Of a stretch of DNA of 64,000 nucleotides, positions 1 to 8,368 are shown one piece after another. The first letter of the stretch is position 1, and each line of letters starts with the position of its first letter. The notes under the pieces are model-generated. The model did no database searches. It worked only from the letters and a program-made list of their open reading frames with translations, and was not told the origin of the DNA. Position numbers and translations under genes: made by a program. Source of the DNA: Blastocatellia bacterium AA13 (lineage in GTDB: Bacteria; Acidobacteriota; Blastocatellia; UBA7656); the NCBI GenBank assembly GCA_003222245.1, contig QHVH01000004.1, positions 67,441-131,440 on the forward strand, read 5' to 3'.

Positions 1-1
1 C

Positions 2-349
2 GAATTCACATTGCCGATGGGATACGTCGACGCCGAGGGAACCCTGCATCGCGAAGGAGTGATGCGGCTGGCGACCGCCGCTGATGAAATCCTGCCGTTC
101 AAGGACCCGAGGGTTCAGGGGAATCAAGCCTATCTCATCGTGATACTCCTTTCTCGAGTGATAACCAGGCTCGGCTCCGTTTCGCAGATCAATCCCAAGG
201 TAATCGAAGGGCTATACGCGGCGGACCTCGCATTTCTTCAGGAGTTCTACAACCGGATCAACCGAAATGGAAAAGCGAGCATCGAGGCGTTCTGTCCAAA
301 GTGCGAGCACTCTTTCGAGATGGAGATGTCCGCCGCGGGGGGGTCTTAG
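2..349 (+). CDS. Phage/eCIS tail assembly chaperone (Mu gp41/lambda gpG-like), 5'-truncated by window edge
   Basis: Frame is open from position 2 (EFTLPMGYVDAEGTLHREGVMRLATAADEI...LYAADLAFLQEFYNRIN), C-terminal CPKC; located upstream of eCIS tube-initiator and baseplate genes. Confidence 0.8.
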   Translation, partial: EFTLPMGYVDAEGTLHREGVMRLATAADEILPFKDPRVQGNQAYLIVILLSRVITRLGSVSQINPKVIEGLYAADLAFLQEFYNRINRNGKASIEAFCPKCEHSFEMEMSAAGGS

Positions 350-385
350 GCTACCCCCTCAAGGCGCTGTACGAGGAGGTAGCCT
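322..385 (+). promoter_or_regulatory. Candidate programmed -1 ribosomal frameshift cassette
   Basis: GGAG at 322-325, in-frame G GGG GGG heptamer at 337-343, 13-bp stem with one mismatch (348-360 pairing with 373-385). Confidence 0.7.
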
Positions 386-501
386 TCGTGGCTTACCACT
401 TTCACTGGCCGCCGGATGCCGTGCTCAACCTGGAACACGCCGAACGGCGGCGCTGGGTTGGCGAGATTTCAGCGATCAATCAACGGATGAACGGCGACTG
501 A
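337..501 (+). CDS. DUF6760-like small eCIS protein; probably the -1 frameshift (gpT-like) extension of the chaperone
   Basis: YPLKALYEEVAFVAYHFHWPPDAVLNLEHAERRRWV resembles the small conserved ORF of eCIS loci; no ATG with RBS in front of the conserved part; lies in the -1 frame across the chaperone stop. Confidence 0.7.
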   Translation, partial: GGVLGYPLKALYEEVAFVAYHFHWPPDAVLNLEHAERRRWVGEISAINQRMNGD

Positions 502-516
502 ATACTTACGACGACG

Positions 517-1410
517 ATGATTGAACCGATAACACAACATCGCGCACTTACGCCGACATCGCCCACTTCGATGTTGAGCGAGTTGATGCGCTGGTTGCCG
601 AGTAATAGAGCGGCAGCTCGAAATAGATGGGCTGATTGGGCCGATTCGTTCTCGAATAAGTACGGCCGCAGTGTATCTCGATTAACCGCTCCGGGATTTA
701 TTCTCGCGAAATCGCTGGGCCAGGTTAGCTCGATGCGCGAGCGATGGTTCGTTAGATCGGAAAAGTTTTTCCCGACGATTAATCTTAGCGTGAACGCGAT
801 TCTTCGAATGACCGACCCTGGCGTGTTTGGGCGTTCGAGGAGACCTGGATCAGCCGCCCGCGTCCTTCAAGACCGGTACATCGATCCTCGGAGCGATAGG
901 GCGAGTCACGGTGAGCAAGCGGCGGCTGCCTCCATGTTGACGGCCGCGCTTTCGAACATCGACGGCACAAAGCCTACCGCGGCGCTTTCATCAATCGAGC
1001 GAATCTTCAGGCGAATCGAAGGCCCGGCTACTGTACTGAGGCTCTCTGAAGCCTCGCTTCCGTCGTCTGAGTTGCATCAAGTTCAACAGAGACTCGTTCA
1101 ACAGGCCCGGCGCGTCGAGTCGATGATGGATGCGATCTCGCCGGCGCTCGCTTCGATCGAATCGGCGCCGGTCGTGTCGAAGAAGCGGGCAGGCGTCGAG
1201 CAAAAGCTCGCTAACGATGCGCCTCAAGTCGCAGGCGACGATGGCATCCCGTTGCGACGGTCCATCAAGGATAGCGAAGTCACGGGTAATCAATGGCGGC
1301 AGGAGCGAGCCTCTGAACAGGTGAACATCGATCAGATAACCGAACAGGTAATCAGGCAGCTCGATCGGAAGGTAATAGCCGCGAGGGAGAGGATGGGAAG
1401 GACGTTTTGA
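517..1410 (+). CDS. Hypothetical eCIS protein, possible tape-measure-like
   Basis: 297 aa, Ser/Ala/Arg-rich, helical C-terminus VNIDQITEQVIRQLDRKVIAARERMGR; occupies the slot between chaperone and tube initiator. Confidence 0.5.
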   Translation: MIEPITQHRALTPTSPTSMLSELMRWLPSNRAAARNRWADWADSFSNKYGRSVSRLTAPGFILAKSLGQVSSMRERWFVRSEKFFPTINLSVNAILRMTDPGVFGRSRRPGSAARVLQDRYIDPRSDRASHGEQAAAASMLTAALSNIDGTKPTAALSSIERIFRRIEGPATVLRLSEASLPSSELHQVQQRLVQQARRVESMMDAISPALASIESAPVVSKKRAGVEQKLANDAPQVAGDDGIPLRRSIKDSEVTGNQWRQERASEQVNIDQITEQVIRQLDRKVIAARERMGRTF

Positions 1411-1493
1411 TCCAGCTTGCCGGCGATCAGGTGTCTCGCAAGGACACTCGAATTAAAAGACGTCCCGGCGTAATTGTTTGAGGAGGCTTGGGA

Positions 1494-2168
1494 ATGGCAC
1501 TGGCGAAGGCTCAAATCACGGTTGAACACACGGGCGAACGGCTCCAGGTGATGTTCAACCCTGAAGAGTACACACTGAACAAGGACAATAACTTCGCTTC
1601 GCAGAGCATCCCCGGCCTCAGCTCGCCTCTGTTGCAGTTCGTGAACGGCAATCTGAGAACTCTCGAGATGGAGCTTTTCTTCGATACTTATTTGCCGATC
1701 ACGACGCAGGGGAGTTCGCCCCGCGATGTACGCGACGAGACCGAGAAGATCATCAAGTTGATGAAGATCGATTCGGAGCTGCACGCGCCTCCGATCCTGC
1801 GTTTCACCTGGGCGTCGCTCGAGTTTCGCTGCGTGTTGGCGCGAGTCAGCCAGAAGTTCCAGATGTTCCTCGACGACGGCCGGCCCGTTCGAGCGAAGCT
1901 CACCTGTACCTTTAACGAGTTCATAGATGAAGAGCGCGAGGCCAAAGAGGTCAATCGGCAAACCGCGGATTTCAGCAAGGCCCACGCCGTGATCGAAGGC
2001 GAGACTCTCGCGAACATCGCCTTCGCGTTTTACGGGAACCCGGAGCTGTGGAGGCCGATCGCAATCGCCAACAAGCTCATCGATCCGCGTTCGATCGACG
2101 TAGGCCGGTTGCTCGTCATCCCGTCGCTTCCGTTTACCGATCCTGAAACCGAGGAGGTCACGGTTTAG
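1494..2168 (+). CDS. eCIS tube initiator (CIS tube domain + LysM; Afp7/Pvc7-like)
   Basis: VMFNPEEYT...PLLQFVNGNLRTLEMELFFDT; C-terminal LysM-like EGETLANIAFAFYGNPELWRPIAIANKL; AGGAGG at 1481-1486 favours ATG 1494. Confidence 0.9.
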   Translation: MALAKAQITVEHTGERLQVMFNPEEYTLNKDNNFASQSIPGLSSPLLQFVNGNLRTLEMELFFDTYLPITTQGSSPRDVRDETEKIIKLMKIDSELHAPPILRFTWASLEFRCVLARVSQKFQMFLDDGRPVRAKLTCTFNEFIDEEREAKEVNRQTADFSKAHAVIEGETLANIAFAFYGNPELWRPIAIANKLIDPRSIDVGRLLVIPSLPFTDPETEEVTV

Positions 2169-2170
2169 CA

Positions 2171-3394
2171 ATGCCGCCCCTTTCGACATACGCGCCGGAG
2201 TTCAGGATCGACATAAACGGCGACCGGCTTCCCGATGCGCTTCGAGCCGCGATAAGCAGCATCCACTATCAGGACGGCCTGGAGGGAGCCGATCGCGTCG
2301 AAGTCACATTCGCGAACCCGAATCTCAAGTGGCTGGATAATCCGCTGCTTCAGGTCGACAACCCGTTCACGCTTGCCATCGGATACGCGGCGACGGGAAC
2401 TGAACGGGTCTTCTTCGGCGAGATCACCGGAGTCGAACCGACTTTTCCGAGCGGCGGTATGCCGACGATCAAGGTAACGGCTCAGGACTTTTTACAGCGG
2501 CTGACTCACGGGACCAAGGACCGAGCTTTTCGAATCAGCATTCCGTCTATTGGAAACTTCCCGCTGCCTGATCCGGCCATCGCCGCGCTGGTAAGTGGAA
2601 CGAATCTGTTGATTCCGGAGCTGGACCCCGTAGGAGCCGCGCTTTCGACCTTGATGACGATCGCTACTTATATATCGACGCCGGACAGCGCGCAGGTTCC
2701 GATCAGGAGACAGGACGGCACAAGCGATTTTGATTTCCTTTCCGGTATAGCCAAAGAGAACGGCTGGGAGATGTTCATCGATCACAAGGACCAGCCGCCG
2801 CAGGGGCGAAGACTCAAGTTCAAATTTCTCATACAGGATTACTCCCCAAGCGTGACGTTGAAGTGGGGTTCGTCGTTGATGGAATTCACTCCGAGGATCA
2901 CTACGGTCGGCGACATCTTCGGCGTCAGCGCAAGAATTTGGGTCGCGGCGCTGAAGATGGAGTTTGTGATCGTGGTCGGCTGGGACTTTGATCGGGCCGC
3001 ATTCAACCTCGAAGTCTATCCAAGTCTTATCGGCGACATCGACGACGTGCTCGGGCCGGAAGCTCAGGGCAGGACGCTGTCGATCAAGCCGACCGGCTTC
3101 GGGACCTCGCTTAGAGAAATCCTGACCGAGCTGCTGCCGCGCCTCAACAATCGGCTCACCGGCGCGGGAAGCTCGATGGGAAATCCTCAAATCAAAGCGG
3201 GCGCGGTCATCAACTTCGAAGGGCTGGGAGATCAGTTCAGCGGCCTCTATCGCATCACTTCGGCCAGTCACACGCTGGACGGCTCGGGCTACAAGACGAG
3301 CTTCGAAGTAAGGAAAGAGGTCTGGTTCGGTTCGATACCGCTGCCAAAGGGCGGCGTCCCCGGGCTGCGAGTTCAAGGGCAGAAAGTTTTTTGA
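2171..3394 (+). CDS. Phage late control D / baseplate hub (gp27-like, N-half of VgrG/Afp8)
   Basis: FFGEITGVEPTFPSGGMPTIKVTAQD, SDFDFLSGIAKENG, GNPQIKAGAVINFEGLGDQFSGLYRITSASHTL motifs. Confidence 0.88.
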   Translation: MPPLSTYAPEFRIDINGDRLPDALRAAISSIHYQDGLEGADRVEVTFANPNLKWLDNPLLQVDNPFTLAIGYAATGTERVFFGEITGVEPTFPSGGMPTIKVTAQDFLQRLTHGTKDRAFRISIPSIGNFPLPDPAIAALVSGTNLLIPELDPVGAALSTLMTIATYISTPDSAQVPIRRQDGTSDFDFLSGIAKENGWEMFIDHKDQPPQGRRLKFKFLIQDYSPSVTLKWGSSLMEFTPRITTVGDIFGVSARIWVAALKMEFVIVVGWDFDRAAFNLEVYPSLIGDIDDVLGPEAQGRTLSIKPTGFGTSLREILTELLPRLNNRLTGAGSSMGNPQIKAGAVINFEGLGDQFSGLYRITSASHTLDGSGYKTSFEVRKEVWFGSIPLPKGGVPGLRVQGQKVF

Positions 3395-3403
3395 GGACAT
3401 TCA

Positions 3404-4075
3404 ATGTCGAGCAGGTTTCTGGAATGGGTCGGCGGAACCGGAAGCGACACTTCGCGAGTCGGCAACGGCTATTCGATCGCTCCGGGCATCGTCAAAAACA
3501 ACTTCGACCTGTTGGGAGAGGGCCGGGTTCAGGTTCGAATTCCAAGCCTTCCCGCATTCGAACCGTGGGCGCGACTGTCCGCGATCGGGGCCGGCTCTTC
3601 TCGCGGATTCATCTGGGTGCCGGAAGTCGATGACGAGGTCCTTGTAGCGTTCGGCCAGAACGATGAACGAGACGCCTACATTCTCGGCGGATTGTGGAAC
3701 ACTCAGGATCGTCCGCCCATATCGCTTCCAACCGATTTTCTGATCAAGCGGGTGATCAAGACCGGAAAGGCCGGCGGCGTAGGCCACGAAATCGAGTTCG
3801 ACGATCTGCTGCAGTCGATCACGATCACGACGAGCACCGAGCAAAAGATAACGATCGATCCCACGATGATCGAGCTGAAGACGACCGGCGGCAGCGTGAG
3901 CGTAAAGCTGGATCTTGCGTCACAGGCTGTGTCGATCACGGCTCCGTTAAAGATCGAGCTCAAGGCGACCGACATAAGCATTCAAGGATCTACGGTCGAG
4001 ATCAAAGGCGGCACTGTCGACATTCAATCGATCGGCCCGTGCAGCATTCAAGGCCTCCCTGTGAAGATCAATTAG
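3404..4075 (+). CDS. Baseplate assembly protein V / spike (gp5 OB-fold + short beta-helix)
   Basis: GRVQVRIP...WARLS...GFIWVPEVDDEVLVAFGQNDERDAYILGGLWN; ends with beta-strand repeats and GLPVKIN. Confidence 0.9.
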   Translation: MSSRFLEWVGGTGSDTSRVGNGYSIAPGIVKNNFDLLGEGRVQVRIPSLPAFEPWARLSAIGAGSSRGFIWVPEVDDEVLVAFGQNDERDAYILGGLWNTQDRPPISLPTDFLIKRVIKTGKAGGVGHEIEFDDLLQSITITTSTEQKITIDPTMIELKTTGGSVSVKLDLASQAVSITAPLKIELKATDISIQGSTVEIKGGTVDIQSIGPCSIQGLPVKIN

Positions 4076-4214
4076 GAAGGTGTCAGGTGTCAGGAGAGGT
4101 TACAGGAATTAGGAAAGAGAGATTAGGGGGAACCGACAAAAGACAAAACACGATTGGCAAGTGAGAAGTAACGAATGCAAGTAACGAATGACAAGTGACC
4201 AATGACCAATGACA
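4076..4214. repeat. Intergenic degenerate heptamer tandem repeats
   Basis: AGGTGTC x2, GACAAAA x2, GAATGAC/AAGTGAC/CAATGAC/CAATGAC run; purine-rich and lower GC than flanking genes. Confidence 0.7.
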
Positions 4215-4227
4215 AGGAGAAAATTTG

Positions 4228-4509
4228 ATGCCGCCTGCCGCGAGAGTAACTGATCCGAGCGGACACCCAGGGATTATTGCCGGTCCTGGTGTGGCCACCG
4301 TGTTGATCGGCGGAATGCCTGCCGCCGTGGTCGGCGACACTCATACGTGCGCTATGCCGCCGGTAGCCGGGCCGCATCCTCCCAGTCCCATTGCAAAAGG
4401 GAGCATGACTGTTCTCATAGGCGGACGGCCCGCCGTCCGAGTAGGCGATCTCGCCGGATGCGGGGCCCCCATTGTGATGGGAATGGTCACGGTCGAAATC
4501 GGAGGCTGA
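4228..4509 (+). CDS. PAAR-domain spike tip protein (Afp10-like)
   Basis: PAARVTD, PAAVVGD, PAVRVGD repeats with His/Cys ligands; AAGGAG RBS upstream. Confidence 0.93.
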   Translation: MPPAARVTDPSGHPGIIAGPGVATVLIGGMPAAVVGDTHTCAMPPVAGPHPPSPIAKGSMTVLIGGRPAVRVGDLAGCGAPIVMGMVTVEIGG

Positions 4510-4525
4510 ACTAATTAGAGGTACG

Positions 4526-4945
4526 ATGGCGAATCAATCGAATCCACAAAAGGCGTTCCTCGGAATTGGGCTGGCCTTTCCAGTATGCCTGGAGGCCGAC
4601 GGCACGTTGTCCCTCGCCGTCTACGAAGAGGACATTCGCCAGTCGATTCGCATCATCCTCGGAACAAATCCGGGCGAGCGCGTCATGCGGCCGGACTTCG
4701 GCGCCGGTCTCAACGCGTTTCTATTCGAACCCATCTCCTTCACGACAATGCAGCGCGTCAAGCAGCGGGTTCAGGAAGCATTGATCGATTGGGAGCCGCG
4801 AATCGAAGTAGAAAAAGTAACGGTCTCAAATGACAGGAGCGAGCCGGGCAAGCTCCTCATCGATATCGAGTATCGCATCCGCGCCACGAACACGCGCGCG
4901 AATCTCGTCTATCCGTTTTATCTGCAGGAGGGCTCATCAAGGTGA
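4526..4945 (+). CDS. GPW/gp25 family baseplate protein (Afp9-like)
   Basis: FLGIGLAFP...IRQSIRIILGTNPGERVMRPDFG...WEPRIEV...NLVYPFYL. Confidence 0.93.
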   Translation: MANQSNPQKAFLGIGLAFPVCLEADGTLSLAVYEEDIRQSIRIILGTNPGERVMRPDFGAGLNAFLFEPISFTTMQRVKQRVQEALIDWEPRIEVEKVTVSNDRSEPGKLLIDIEYRIRATNTRANLVYPFYLQEGSSR

Positions 4946-7900
4946 AGACCAGGCCTTCAATACAACTGGACGGCAGAAAGCCGGAACAGATTCTGCGCGA
5001 GTTGCTGGCGCGACGTTTGGGCTTCGTTCCTGAATGGCAAGTTTCGGAGCCGAGCGCCGACTCCGCGCTCGCGCAGATCTTTAGCCGCTTCCTCTACGCG
5101 GTTGTCCAGCGATTGAATCAGGCTCCGGATAAAAACAAACTTGCCTTCCTCGATCTTCTGGGAATTGATCTTGCGCCCGCCAGTCAGGCGCGCGCGCCGA
5201 TCGTGTTCCAGCTTTCGGCGGATTCGGCGAACAGTCAGGCTCCTCGCGGAGTTCAGGCGGCCGCGCCGCCTCCACCCGGATCGAGCCAGCAAATCGTATT
5301 TGAAACCGAAACAGCGGTAGGTCTGGCGGCGGCTAAACTGACTCAGGTCGTCTCGCTGTGGCCCGGACGCGATCAATTTCTTGATCATTCGGCCGATCTT
5401 CTTGCGGGCAAGAGCGTGCAGTTGTTCAGGAAGCCGCTGCTCGAAAACACCCCGCACGAATTGTATCTCGCGCACGACATCCTGCTTGCGATAGCCGGAA
5501 CCGCGACCCTCGAAGTCGAGTTCGAGCTGACTCAGCCGAGCAGCGAATCGCTCGCGTTGCTGTGGCAGTACTGGGACGGCGAGGTCTGGCGTTCATTCAA
5601 GTCCGCGATTCCGGCCTGCTCCGAAAAAGAAGCGGCAAACGCGGACAGCACCAACGGCCTTACTCGCAGCGGACGTTATCGTCTCGAGACCGACTGCTCG
5701 AAGAGCGCCAAACGCAAGGTCAACGGCATCGACGGATTCTGGATTCGAGCGGTGTTGACCGAAGTGCTGCTGCCCGATCCCGGCCTCGCGCTGCCGCTCG
5801 TGGACAGCGTCCGGCTCGCGAGCGTGATCACAAATCCGCTCAAAGGCATTCTCGGCGGTTTGATCAGAGCCAACGATCCGTTTCGATCCGGGCAGTCACA
5901 GATTCATGGCGTCCTCAGCAACTCCGCCGGCGAGCCGCTTGTAGACGTAGCGGTCAAGATCACAAGCCCGGACGACGACAACTTCGAGCAAATAACCGTA
6001 TTCACGACCAAAGCCGATCCGGCGAACAACATCGATCCCGGCGTCTACAATTCGACTCAAAGCGGAACCGCGATCGCGAGCGAAGAGAACTACGAGATTC
6101 AAGTCTCCTTCCTGAATCTTCAGGGAACATATGAATTGAAGAGTCTGTCTTTCGACCGCGACGTCGAGCTCGATCTGACTTTCGATGTTGAAGGGCTGGA
6201 CCCCGATAAAGCCTTCGCCGATGGAACGAAGCTCGATGTTACGAAGCCGTTCTTTCCGTTCGGGCAGCAGCCGCAGCCCGGCTCGACTTTCTACTTCAGC
6301 TCTGAAGAGATATTCACCAAGCCCGGAGCGAAGGTTCAGGTCTACGTTGCTCGAACCGCGACGCCCCAGGACAAGTTGAGCATCTCGCCCAGCCCTCAAG
6401 ACCTCGATCACCTAATCGATTGGGAGTACTGGAGCGGCGAGAGATGGGTCATTCTCTTCCAATCTTCTTCAACCAGATTGCCGGCCGCCGATCTGAACAC
6501 GACCGAGATTCTCGAATTCACCGTGCCCGACAATATCGAGCGAACCAAGGTCAACGACCAGGACGGGCTCTGGATGCGGGCTCGACTCGTTCGCGGAGGC
6601 TTCGGTTTTACGCAGACGGTCACGTTTCAAGGAAATCCCGGCAACAACACCTTCACCTATGTGTTGAGCAAGCCGCCGTCTGTTGCATCGTTCAAGATCG
6701 GCTACACATGGACCTACGGGAAGTTTCATCCCGAGCACGCGATCACTCACAACGATTTTCAGTATGAGGATCACACCTACGAAGCGACCTGGCCCGGAGT
6801 CACCTTTCTTCCATTCAATCGAATCCCGGACGTCACACCGGCTCTCTATCTGGGATTCGACAAGAAACTTCCGGTCGACGACATTGGTCTCTATTTCGAC
6901 ATCACCGAAGTGAGAGGCGACACACTGGGTCCGGCCCTGGTGTGGGAGTACTTCGACGGCGGAACGTGGAAAGCGCTATCAGCCGAAGATGAGACGCGCA
7001 ATCTGAGATTGCCGGGGATCGTCTCGTTCATCGCCGCCGATGACAGCGAGCCCTACGCGCGATTCGGCGCTGAATTGCACTGGGTGCGCGGCCGCTTGAA
7101 GGAAGATGGACCGCCGGGCGAGCCGACGGTCAACGGAATATTCCCAAATGCGGTTTGGGCCGCTCAGCAGAGGAGTTTCAACGATACTCCGCTCGGAGCC
7201 AGCAACGGTCTTCCGAACCAGATTCTATTTCTCACTCAAACACCCGTGCTGGCAGGCGAGCGAATCGAAGTGCGAGAACTCGCTGGACCTCGCGCGAACG
7301 TCGAATGGAGGCTGATCGCGAGATCGGTCGCGCCGGACAATCCAAACACCGTTCGCGATTTCGAAGAACTCCTGGGAGGCGAGAACACTGGAACCGACAT
7401 TTCGATCGGCGATGTAAGGCTTGTGCGCGACCGCAACAAGAAAGTAGCCGAAGTCTGGGTGCGATGGTACGAAGTTCCGCACTTTTTCTACTCGGACAAG
7501 GACGACCGCCACTACGTCATAGATCGAGCGCGCGGCCTTGTGTTCTTTGGAGACGGCTTTGAAGGCGGCATCCCTCCGCCGGGCTCGCAGGTCATTGCCA
7601 AGCAGAGCAAAGCCGGAGGCGGTTTGGCGGGCAATGTCGCCGCGCGTTCGATCAGCCAATTGCTGGGTCCTCTCTCGGGTGTCCAGTCCGTAGTCAATCC
7701 AACGCCGGCCGAAGGCGGAGCGGACGGCGAGACGCTCGAGAATTTCAGCGTGCGCGGGCCGCAGACAATCAAGCACAGAGGAAGGGCGGTTATGCCGTCA
7801 GACTACGAAACGATGGCGCACGAGGCTTCCGCGGCGGTAGCGGTAGCTCGCGCAATCGCAACACGGAACGCCGCCGGAAAAAAGCTTGCAAGCTGGGTGA

Positions 7901-8364
7901 CCTTGATAGTCATTCCCGAAAGCAAAGAACAGCTTCCATGGCCTTCGTTCGGATTGCGCGAGGAAATCAGGAAGTACATAGAAGCCCGCGAGCCTGCCAA
8001 TCTCGCCGCCTCGCATCACCTCTATGTCACCGGGCCCGACTATCTTCAAGTAGGGGTCGAAGCGACCATAGCTCCAAACGATCCGACCGAAGCCGGAACC
8101 GTAGAGAAACAAGCGAGGGCGGCGCTCGAAACATTCCTGCACCCGCTGAAGGGCGGACCTGATCGCAAAGGATGGGACTTAGGCAGGGACGTCTATTTGT
8201 CGGATGTGGCCGGCGTGTTGGAGCGGGTGGACGGTGTCGACTACGTGGAGGAGTTGAGCCTTTTGCTCAACAACGTGCCGCAGGGCGAGAGCCTTCGCGT
8301 GCCCGAAGGGCGAATCGTTGCGGCCGGTGACATACGGCTGAAGCTGAAATCGGCCGAGGTATAG
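4942..8364 (+). CDS. Baseplate J-like assembly protein 1 (Afp11-like), 1140 aa
   Basis: RLNQAPDKNKLAFLDLLGIDL, FFGDGFEGGIPP, AEGGADGET, RAVMPSDYE, FLHPLKGG...GWDLGRDVYLS; GTGA overlap with gp25. Confidence 0.9.
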   Translation: MKTRPSIQLDGRKPEQILRELLARRLGFVPEWQVSEPSADSALAQIFSRFLYAVVQRLNQAPDKNKLAFLDLLGIDLAPASQARAPIVFQLSADSANSQAPRGVQAAAPPPPGSSQQIVFETETAVGLAAAKLTQVVSLWPGRDQFLDHSADLLAGKSVQLFRKPLLENTPHELYLAHDILLAIAGTATLEVEFELTQPSSESLALLWQYWDGEVWRSFKSAIPACSEKEAANADSTNGLTRSGRYRLETDCSKSAKRKVNGIDGFWIRAVLTEVLLPDPGLALPLVDSVRLASVITNPLKGILGGLIRANDPFRSGQSQIHGVLSNSAGEPLVDVAVKITSPDDDNFEQITVFTTKADPANNIDPGVYNSTQSGTAIASEENYEIQVSFLNLQGTYELKSLSFDRDVELDLTFDVEGLDPDKAFADGTKLDVTKPFFPFGQQPQPGSTFYFSSEEIFTKPGAKVQVYVARTATPQDKLSISPSPQDLDHLIDWEYWSGERWVILFQSSSTRLPAADLNTTEILEFTVPDNIERTKVNDQDGLWMRARLVRGGFGFTQTVTFQGNPGNNTFTYVLSKPPSVASFKIGYTWTYGKFHPEHAITHNDFQYEDHTYEATWPGVTFLPFNRIPDVTPALYLGFDKKLPVDDIGLYFDITEVRGDTLGPALVWEYFDGGTWKALSAEDETRNLRLPGIVSFIAADDSEPYARFGAELHWVRGRLKEDGPPGEPTVNGIFPNAVWAAQQRSFNDTPLGASNGLPNQILFLTQTPVLAGERIEVRELAGPRANVEWRLIARSVAPDNPNTVRDFEELLGGENTGTDISIGDVRLVRDRNKKVAEVWVRWYEVPHFFYSDKDDRHYVIDRARGLVFFGDGFEGGIPPPGSQVIAKQSKAGGGLAGNVAARSISQLLGPLSGVQSVVNPTPAEGGADGETLENFSVRGPQTIKHRGRAVMPSDYETMAHEASAAVAVARAIATRNAAGKKLASWVTLIVIPESKEQLPWPSFGLREEIRKYIEAREPANLAASHHLYVTGPDYLQVGVEATIAPNDPTEAGTVEKQARAALETFLHPLKGGPDRKGWDLGRDVYLSDVAGVLERVDGVDYVEELSLLLNNVPQGESLRVPEGRIVAAGDIRLKLKSAEV

Positions 8365-8368
8365 AACA

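Noticed and set aside
301-336. GTG at 301 as start of the DUF6760-like ORF
   Set aside because: No convincing RBS, deep overlap with the chaperone's CPKC region, and family-like sequence starts only after the G-run.
1332-3400. Long antisense ORFs (e.g. 1332-2189, 2492-3400, also 15823-16917, 33406-34569)
   Set aside because: Shadow frames of GC-rich genes with no recognisable motifs.
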